64,000 nt of DNA from assembly GCA_041305385.1 (NCBI GenBank), contig JBFYLO010000046.1, positions 491 through 64,490 on the forward strand, in the 5' to 3' direction. Under the pieces are notes generated by a model that worked only from the letters and a program-made list of their open reading frames with translations, made no database searches and was not told the origin of the DNA. This DNA comes from Candidatus Micrarchaeota archaeon (lineage in GTDB: Archaea; Micrarchaeota; Micrarchaeia; Burarchaeales; JAKAKT01). Position numbers and translations under genes: made by a program. The stretch's first letter is position 1; each line of letters starts with the position of its first letter. Shown here in pieces: positions 57,629 to 64,000 of the stretch.

Positions 57629-57757
57629 GGGCGTTGACAAATACAATGCGCCATGGCACGGTGGGAAACGCCCGGGCGTTTCCCAGTCGGCCTCGGGGCC
57701 GACCAAGCGCCCCGAGGCGCTTGCCGTCGAATGCCGATGGCGCATTATTCAACGCCC
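57629..57757. other. 129-nt nested inverted-repeat element (outer ~25-bp imperfect stem enclosing two perfect palindromic hairpins)
   Basis: Outer arms GGGCGTTGACAAATACAATGCGCCATGGC / GCCGATGGCGCATTATTCAACGCCC; inner GGGAAACGCCCGGGCGTTTCCC (57663-57684, perfect 22-nt palindrome) and GCCTCGGGGC-N9-GCCCCGAGGC (57690-57718). Confidence 0.55.
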
Positions 57758-57874
57758 TATTGCTTCATACACCATACCAACTGACAAATGGCGTTTTGCA
57801 CTCGAGTCTGGGAATTCGAACCGATTCTCTCGAGAGGCCACGAGCCGTGAGGTGGAAAAGCCACTGCAGCGCGC

Positions 57875-59089
57875 TTAATATTGCGTCAAACCGTATCCCG
57901 TTGTGTGTGGGGTCTTAAGGGCTTTCACCAGGCTCGCGAGAAGCAGGTAGGGGGCGAGGAAAAGGGGCAGGAGGAAGAACAGACCGAGAATCTTAAGCAA
58001 ATGCAGGGGAAGGCTTTCGTTGTCGGCAATCAGCAAGAGATGTCCGTCATCAACCTCCATATACGCTTTCTTCGGAGCAATCGAAGTCAGCGTCGCAGCA
58101 AGCCCAGAAGTCACGTTGGTTAAAACAACCCTCTTCCTGAAAAGCGCCGGCAGGCCCCTGAGAGCCAGGCCCGGCCCTTTCCCAGAATAATCGACCCTCA
58201 GGAAGCTCCCGGCAAGCTCATTTTCCTGAACAACGAAGCTCGCGAATCCACTCTCAAGGTGTTTCTTGGATTCCTTTCCAATGGTGAACAGCAGGGTGAC
58301 CTTCAGGAGCCCCAGGAAAGTTTTCCTTCCGTAACCTGGGAAAAAGAGGAGCAGCATCGGAAGCGAAAGAGCTACTGTCCCCAGGAACCGGAAGAATGCT
58401 TTCGGAACCCCAGTTATGTGCGCAGTGTTCGTCGTGTATAGCCAGTACTTGTCGAACTTTCTGTAAGTAATCTCCGAAGAATGCTGGTAATAGCGCCTGA
58501 CGATGTAAGACCGCTCCTTTATCCTCTCACTGTACTCGCAGTCGTCCGCCCCATAATAAAGAGGCTTATAGCAGAGCCCGTATCTCCTGATGAGTTCGGA
58601 TGAATAAAGCTGATAATGGAATCCCGCCCCCTGGGAAGTCTTGTATCCTTGCTCGTCTATCTGTGGCTTTTCCCCATCCGCCTCATTGATGGAGCCTACA
58701 AGCCCGCGCTCCTTGTTCTTCATCAGCTCCTCCACAAGGTCCTTGTCATAGGGAAGGCAGTCTACATCCGTTAATATCATGTATCTGTAGCCGTTCTCCA
58801 AAGCATACCTCTGCCCGGCGAATATCCCCCCCGAGCATCCGCTGTTCTCCTTTCTAACTGCAGCCACGAGCCCGAACCCAAGTTTTTTTCCCTTCATGAA
58901 GCGGGCCACCCTTTCAACTTCCCCGCCCGGCTCCATTACCACAATCACATCAAAGGCACCCACCGTCTGCTTCGAAAGCCTCTCGAGGTGCTCGAACAGC
59001 AAAGGATATTCGTTATAGAAGGGAATCACTATCAGCAGGTCCTGCCCCTGCCTGTCGAATTCACGAACTTCTGAAAAAAGGGAAACCAT
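57875..59089 (-). CDS. Glycosyltransferase family 2-like protein with C-terminal membrane segments
   Basis: LLIVIPFYNE, DVDC/DxD-like region; hydrophobic C-terminal helices. Confidence 0.45.
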   Translation of the reverse strand: MVSLFSEVREFDRQGQDLLIVIPFYNEYPLLFEHLERLSKQTVGAFDVIVVMEPGGEVERVARFMKGKKLGFGLVAAVRKENSGCSGGIFAGQRYALENGYRYMILTDVDCLPYDKDLVEELMKNKERGLVGSINEADGEKPQIDEQGYKTSQGAGFHYQLYSSELIRRYGLCYKPLYYGADDCEYSERIKERSYIVRRYYQHSSEITYRKFDKYWLYTTNTAHITGVPKAFFRFLGTVALSLPMLLLFFPGYGRKTFLGLLKVTLLFTIGKESKKHLESGFASFVVQENELAGSFLRVDYSGKGPGLALRGLPALFRKRVVLTNVTSGLAATLTSIAPKKAYMEVDDGHLLLIADNESLPLHLLKILGLFFLLPLFLAPYLLLASLVKALKTPHTTGYGLTQY

Positions 59090-59100
59090 CCAATAACCAA

Positions 59101-59832
59101 TCAGCCCTTGTTTTTCTGGGGCGGCAGAATCCCCTCAACATGCCGGTTCGCCCGCCTGTAGGCTTCGATGGTCCCTATGTCAAGCCAGTAGTCCGGCTTG
59201 CAGACATACCCTGCGAGTTCGCCGCTTGAGGCAAGGGCTGGGAAAATCGTCTCCTCGACCCTTTTCCTCTCGAGCTTCAGCGCGCTATGCGCCCCTTGCT
59301 CCAGGATGTAATAGCCGGCATTGGCGAGGTTTGACGGGGCTTCCTCGAGCTTCGGTTTCTCTACGAACCTCTTAACAAGCCCATCGCCATAGTCCGCTAT
59401 CCCGAACCGGTTCACCTCATCGTCTGGAACCTCGAAAAGCGAGAGGGTCGCAGAGCGCTTCATCTTCTTGTGAAACGCAAACATGTCCACAGTGTCTATG
59501 TTCGAGACGACGTCCCCGTAGGCCACGAAAATCGGCCCGTGGACTGCCTTCTCAGTCAATACGATTTTCAGGTCCCCGCCGGTCTCCCATCCCAATGCAG
59601 TTACCAGTTCGACCTCGACCCCATAATCCATGTGGCTTATGTAGCTTTCAATGGTGGTCCTGGAGCGCGAGACTGCCACATAAATCTTCTTTACCTCAGG
59701 GCATTTTCTCAGGTTCTCTATGGCATAATCGAGCACAGGCTTCCCCCCGACCGGGAGAAGCGGTTTCGGGATGGCGTAGGTTATCGGCCTCATCCGTATC
59801 CCCTCTCCTGCTGCAAGCACAATCCCAATCAT
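59101..59832 (-). CDS. Sugar-1-phosphate nucleotidyltransferase (RmlA/G1P thymidylyl- or uridylyltransferase-like)
   Basis: GIVLAAGEGIRMRPIT..PKPLLPVGGKP signature; start taken at MIGIVLAAG (ATGA overlap with upstream gene). Confidence 0.7.
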   Translation of the reverse strand: MIGIVLAAGEGIRMRPITYAIPKPLLPVGGKPVLDYAIENLRKCPEVKKIYVAVSRSRTTIESYISHMDYGVEVELVTALGWETGGDLKIVLTEKAVHGPIFVAYGDVVSNIDTVDMFAFHKKMKRSATLSLFEVPDDEVNRFGIADYGDGLVKRFVEKPKLEEAPSNLANAGYYILEQGAHSALKLERKRVEETIFPALASSGELAGYVCKPDYWLDIGTIEAYRRANRHVEGILPPQKNKG

Positions 59833-60743
59833 AGAACCTCGCCCCTGAACCATTCAATCGTTCTCGCGAGCCCGTCCCGCATGTTCACCTCGGGCTCCCA
59901 ACCAACCGCCTTCTTTACCTTGCCTATGTCCGGCCTCCTCCTCTTCGGGTCATCCTGCGGAAGAGGCCCATAGACAACTTTCGAACTGCTCTTGCAGAGT
60001 TCCCCAATGGTTTTCGCTATCTCATTGACAGTGACCTCGTGCGGGTTGCCGAGGTTGAAGAAGTCGAATTTTATTTTTGAGAACGCGAGTTTTTCCATCC
60101 CTGCAGCCAGGTCGCTCACATAGCAAAGGCTCCTCGTTTGGCTCCCATCCCCGAACAGGGTCATGGGCTCGCCCTTCAGCGCCTGAGTTATGAGGGTCGG
60201 GACCACCCTTCCGTCATCGGTTCTCATCCTCTCGCCGTAGGTGTTGAATATGCGGACAATCACTGTTTCCACTCCGAATTTTTTATTGTAAAGATAGCAG
60301 GCGGTTTCCGCCAGCCTCTTGGACTCGTCATAGCAGGAGCGCGGGCCGATGGTGTTCACATTCCCAAAATAGGTCTCCTTCTGGGGGTGCTCTAGGGGGT
60401 CTCCGTAGATTTCAGATGTGGAGGCCTGGAGCACCCTTGCCTCGTGCTTCCTTGCGTTCTCGAGGACGTTCCTAATCCCGAACGCATTCACCTCGAGGGT
60501 CTCGAGCGGGTATCTCTGGTAGTCGATGGGCGAGGCAGGGGAAGCCATGTTGAAAACCACGTCGCACTTTATGTCGAAGGGCTTCCTCATGTCGTGCTTC
60601 TGGACCTCGATGTTCATCCCCCTTAGATTTTCCTTCTTCCCGGTTATGAAATTGTCTAGGCAGATTACCTCATGGTCCTTCGAGAGCCTCTCGCAGAGGT
60701 GGGAGCCGATGAATCCCGCCCCCCCGGTAACGAGCACTTTCAT
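59829..60743 (-). CDS. uxs: UDP-glucuronate decarboxylase (UDP-xylose synthase)
   Basis: STSEIYGDPLEHPQKETYFGNVNTIGPRSCYDESKRLAE is the hallmark UXS segment; VTGGAGFIGSHL. Confidence 0.8.
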   Translation of the reverse strand: MKVLVTGGAGFIGSHLCERLSKDHEVICLDNFITGKKENLRGMNIEVQKHDMRKPFDIKCDVVFNMASPASPIDYQRYPLETLEVNAFGIRNVLENARKHEARVLQASTSEIYGDPLEHPQKETYFGNVNTIGPRSCYDESKRLAETACYLYNKKFGVETVIVRIFNTYGERMRTDDGRVVPTLITQALKGEPMTLFGDGSQTRSLCYVSDLAAGMEKLAFSKIKFDFFNLGNPHEVTVNEIAKTIGELCKSSSKVVYGPLPQDDPKRRRPDIGKVKKAVGWEPEVNMRDGLARTIEWFRGEVL

Positions 60744-60805
60744 GTCGAAGGGAATGCAAATTCAGATTATTAACTTTTGCTACCAGCGATGATTTCTGCA
60801 GAGCC

Positions 60806-62065
60806 CTACCAGCAGACCCCTTCGTAGTTCCCGCCGCTCTTCTTCTTCAGGACTTTCCTTCCGTCAAAAACGATTTTTCCAGCATAGAGCTTCTCGTCCC
60901 GGAACTCCTTCCACTCAGTGACCACGAACACTACATCTGAGTAGGCGAGAGCCTCCGTGAGGCTTTTCGCATAGCCTATCTTGTTCCCGAATATCCCCCT
61001 GGCGTTCTCATTCGCCTCTGGGTCGTAAGCCATCACCGAAGCCCCTTCCTCGAGAAGCCTGTTGATTATCTTTATGCTCGGGGCTTCCCTCATGTCATCG
61101 CTGTCCGGCTTGAAAGCGAGCCCGAGGACCGCGATTTTTTCCCCTTTCAGGTTCATTCTCTTTTTCGCAATCTCCACGAGCCTGTAGGGCTGCCCCTCGT
61201 TCACTTCGAGCACCGAGCCAAGGAGCCTGGGTTTCACCCCATTCTCCTTGAAAAGGGAAACGATTGCCTTCACATCCTTCGGGAAGCAGCTCCCGCCGAA
61301 CCCGACCCCTGCATTCAGGAACTTCCTGTTGAGCCTGCTGTCGAGCCCCACGGCATCCATCACATCATAAACGTCTATGGAAAGCTCCTTGCACAGGTTC
61401 CCCATCTCGTTCGCGAAGCTGATTTTTGTCGCGAGCAGGGAGTTGCTCGCATATTTTATCATCTCAGCGGTTCTCCTGTTCGTCTTTATTATGGGGCACT
61501 TGAAGTGCGCATAGAGCTCCGAGACTTTATCCATCGTCCGCTCATCCTCGGCGCCTATGGCGAGCCTGTCAGGATTGAAGAAGTCGTTCACGGCCATGCC
61601 CTCCCTGAGGAACTCGGGGCTCATGGCGAGCCCGAAATCCACCCCGTCAATTTTTCCTTTCTTCTTTGCAAGCCCTGCGAGCCTGTCAGTGGTGCCCGGG
61701 ACAACCGTGCTCTTCACTACGATGGCCCGGAAGGAGTCAATGGCTGAAATGACATCAAGGAACGATTTGTCGATATAAGAAAGGTCTATGGACCCGTCAT
61801 TCCTGGACGGCGTCCCCACTGCGATGAAAATAATCTCGGCACCTGGAAGGGCTGCCCCGAGGTCAGTTGTGGCAGTCAGGTTCTTCCCCACAACATCATT
61901 CATGAGCTCCTGAAGCCCCTCCTCATAAATCGGCGGCTTCTTCCCGTTTATCATGTCAACTTTCTTTCTGTCAACATCGATGCAGGAAACATTATGGCCA
62001 AGCTTCGCGAAGCCGCAGCCCGTAATCAGTCCGACATATCCGGTCCCTACAATGCAAATTTTCAT
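60806..62065 (-). CDS. ugd: UDP-glucose 6-dehydrogenase
   Basis: MKICIVGTGYVGL NAD motif, catalytic GFGGSCFPKD, 419 aa. Confidence 0.85.
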   Translation of the reverse strand: MKICIVGTGYVGLITGCGFAKLGHNVSCIDVDRKKVDMINGKKPPIYEEGLQELMNDVVGKNLTATTDLGAALPGAEIIFIAVGTPSRNDGSIDLSYIDKSFLDVISAIDSFRAIVVKSTVVPGTTDRLAGLAKKKGKIDGVDFGLAMSPEFLREGMAVNDFFNPDRLAIGAEDERTMDKVSELYAHFKCPIIKTNRRTAEMIKYASNSLLATKISFANEMGNLCKELSIDVYDVMDAVGLDSRLNRKFLNAGVGFGGSCFPKDVKAIVSLFKENGVKPRLLGSVLEVNEGQPYRLVEIAKKRMNLKGEKIAVLGLAFKPDSDDMREAPSIKIINRLLEEGASVMAYDPEANENARGIFGNKIGYAKSLTEALAYSDVVFVVTEWKEFRDEKLYAGKIVFDGRKVLKKKSGGNYEGVCW

Positions 62066-62126
62066 GAAACCACTCTTTAACTAACGCGTACAACAATTAA
62101 AATTCTTCGGACGGGGTTTCCTTGTT

Positions 62127-62178
62127 GTATTGGAATTTGCTAATTCCGATGAGGCCAAATTTCTGCGGAAATTTGTCC
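62127..62178. repeat. 52-bp conserved intergenic element, copy 3 of 3
   Basis: 47/52 identical to copy 1; 62 bp upstream of the ugd start (62065, minus strand), between divergent genes. Confidence 0.75.
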
Positions 62179-62242
62179 CTTGGCTGCATCTCCATTGGCC
62201 AGAATACGGTAACGTTAAATAGTATGCAGTAGATATAATCTC

Positions 62243-62530
62243 ATGGAGACGCTCGATGAGCTCAGGCAGGAGATTGAACTCTGTGTTCGAATGAAGCGCG
62301 GTGGCCCTTACGACGAGGAATTCGTGAAAAAAGAGCTTCCAGAGAGGCAAAAGCGAATTCTAGAATCCCTTAGGGCAGTCAGCAGGGCTGTTTCCCTAAG
62401 CGAGGACCAGCGGTCGCTTCTTTATGAGATAACTGACATCATCGAGAACGAAAGCAAGTTCAACAACGCAGAATTCCTCGAAAGCGCCAAGAGAAAAACA
62501 GAGGATCTTGCGCAGAACGTAAGAGAATGA
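62243..62530 (+). CDS. Small hypothetical acidic protein (95 aa)
   Basis: ORF only. Confidence 0.25.
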   Translation: METLDELRQEIELCVRMKRGGPYDEEFVKKELPERQKRILESLRAVSRAVSLSEDQRSLLYEITDIIENESKFNNAEFLESAKRKTEDLAQNVRE

Positions 62531-62537
62531 GCCCCCC

Positions 62538-63056
62538 CTACTTTCCTATAAAGTGCTTTAATCTCTCACCAAGCCCTTCCTTCCGCTTCTTCTTGTCCCT
62601 CATGTACTCAATGGCGCAATCCTTGCAGAGGACCCTTTTTTCATCAAGCGGAAGGCCGATTCCAACGACGGGCTTTCCGCATTTATCGCATTTGCCCCCA
62701 ACGGACACCGCCATCCCCACCCCAGCAAATCCTTTCCTTGCACAGTCCTCGCAAAGGGTCTTTCCATCAGGCCCCTTGAACTTCTTCTGCCACTGCTTAA
62801 TCTCCTTCCGGCATGAGGCGCAAACCCACTCCTCCCTCCGCTGCAGCTCCTTCTTGTAGCAGTCGCGGCAAAGGGTGACCCCGAGCGAGCGGTTGACGTC
62901 GCTCTCGTTCATGCGCTTCAGGCACTTCGTGCAGAGCAGGTTCTTTCCTTCTGCACTGAACCTCCTCCTATAACAATCCGAACATATCTGGAAGCTGTCG
63001 TAATAGTGCCGTTCCCAGTCGTAAATCTCCCTGCCGCAGCCGGTGCAATTGGGCAT
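62538..63056 (-). CDS. Protein with four tandem zinc-ribbon (CxxC...CxxC) modules
   Basis: Four repeats of C-x2-C-x9-20-C-x2-C with conserved spacing; 172 aa. Confidence 0.45.
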   Translation of the reverse strand: MPNCTGCGREIYDWERHYYDSFQICSDCYRRRFSAEGKNLLCTKCLKRMNESDVNRSLGVTLCRDCYKKELQRREEWVCASCRKEIKQWQKKFKGPDGKTLCEDCARKGFAGVGMAVSVGGKCDKCGKPVVGIGLPLDEKRVLCKDCAIEYMRDKKKRKEGLGERLKHFIGK

Positions 63057-63110
63057 GTTTAGGATGTTGGACCAGGTTTAATAAAACAGTTCCCCCAGTC
63101 ACCACATAGC

Positions 63111-63854
63111 CTAATTTTTCTCGAGCCACTCGAGCGCTTCCAGGTATTTCCCAACAGGGGCTATCTGATGGCCCCCGCTGAACGAAATCCACCTGGTCTT
63201 TATCCCGGCGTTCCTCAAAAACTCCGCATCGCGCTTTAGGTTATCTGGTGTTTGGACAGTGTCCCTATCACCAGACAGTATTACGACCTTTTCTACCACT
63301 GAGCTGTCGAATCTTCCACTGTTGTCAAAGTTTTGTCCAACATATACCCTGCCATCTTGATTGACAGGAAGCTGGCCATCGTTGCAGATAATCCCATCCG
63401 CCAAACCTGGGTTCAGATAGGCCACGATGTATGCAATCTGACATCCGCCGGAGAACCCGCAGAGATACACATCAGCTGCTCCATGCGATTCCTGTATCTC
63501 AGCTATTGGGTCATCGAGATTTGCCAAATATTCCTCAGAATACGGGTTTTTCGAAACAGCAACAATCAAGCCGGAATCCTCTGCCAGGGGCTTAAGGGCC
63601 TCTACGTATGCCCCGCTGTCCCTGCTCGGATAAAAGCAATACAGGAGCCCATTTTGGGAGTAATCAGCAGGCAAGACCAAATCATACCCTGCGTGGCTTT
63701 CGATTTTCACCAGAGCCTTCTCTTCCTGTTGAACCCCGGAGATAGGGATTCCGGAACCCGCAGCAGACTTTTGGTCGTCTATCTTTTTTGTGCAGCCAAA
63801 CAGGAGTAAAAAGAGCAAGAGAGCGACAATCATTCCCGAATACTGGGGGCCCAT
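63111..63854 (-). CDS. Secreted lipoprotein with alpha/beta-hydrolase (esterase-like) fold
   Basis: LLLFLLLFGC lipobox-like signal; GFSGG nucleophile elbow; conserved D and H downstream. Confidence 0.45.
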   Translation of the reverse strand: MGPQYSGMIVALLLFLLLFGCTKKIDDQKSAAGSGIPISGVQQEEKALVKIESHAGYDLVLPADYSQNGLLYCFYPSRDSGAYVEALKPLAEDSGLIVAVSKNPYSEEYLANLDDPIAEIQESHGAADVYLCGFSGGCQIAYIVAYLNPGLADGIICNDGQLPVNQDGRVYVGQNFDNSGRFDSSVVEKVVILSGDRDTVQTPDNLKRDAEFLRNAGIKTRWISFSGGHQIAPVGKYLEALEWLEKN

Positions 63855-64000
63855 GCATTCACTCCTCCTTGCAGTTTATAATAAGTTTGTGCATCCGAAC
63901 CGCACTGCCAGTAATTCGACATGCCGACAGCCAAAACTTTACCCGAAGGGTTTTATCATTATCTCCCCAATTCCTTTTCATGTATGCGTTCGTCTCAGTC

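Noticed and set aside
57663-57684. Reading the GGGAAACG inverted pair as mini-ORB origin-recognition boxes
   Set aside because: It has the superficial GGAAAC core only. There is no flanking AT-rich DUE, no adjacent initiator gene, and it is embedded in a GC-rich nested hairpin, so it is described only as a structured element.
1-64000. CRISPR arrays, transposases/IS elements, integrases, tRNA genes
   Set aside because: I scanned intergenic regions and the ORF list. There are no regularly spaced direct repeats, no DDE or tyrosine-recombinase ORFs, and no convincing cloverleaf candidates.

Overview
This window reads as an archaeal chromosome at about 52% GC. The evidence is archaeal-type LonB, Orc1/Cdc6, an HMf-type histone, a TBP, L21e, RpoF/Rpo4, a DUF655-KsgA neighbourhood, an archaeal AlaRS with an N-terminal Zn motif, class-III (pilin-type) signal peptides, and TATA/BRE-like boxes 25-30 bp upstream of starts. 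Positions 1-38 kb hold housekeeping genes, one orphan 5S rRNA, and many secreted or membrane proteins. The housekeeping genes are LonB, a YchF-family GTPase, Orc1/Cdc6, EndoQ, KsgA, DUF655, RpoF, L21e, a TBP, NadE, a P-type ATPase, a Hef-like helicase, a histone, cupin-type PGI, H+-PPase, a JAMM protease, TrmI, PurA and AlaRS. Positions 38-62 kb hold a large nucleotide-sugar and glycan biosynthesis cluster. It contains GT2 and GT4 transferases, several SDR epimerases, rfbF/rfbG/rfbH-like CDP-hexose genes, two YerE-like TPP enzymes (one fused to a cupin), a UDP-glucose dehydrogenase, UDP-xylose synthase and a sugar nucleotidyltransferase. Six points stand out. (1) The LonB gene begins with a split-intein C-fragment (IntC) and lacks the Walker A and transmembrane N-half, so it looks like a trans-spliced split gene. 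(2) A stand-alone single-repeat TBP gene (103 aa) sits directly upstream of the orphan 5S rRNA. (3) A 52-bp palindrome-containing repeat occurs three times in promoter regions of the glycan cluster. (4) A 129-nt nested inverted-repeat element lies inside the cluster. (5) An identical 87-bp patch is shared by the two diverged TPP paralogues. (6) An NF-Y/NC2-like histone-fold protein carries an acidic tail and a coiled coil. No CRISPR array, transposase or tRNA was recognised.
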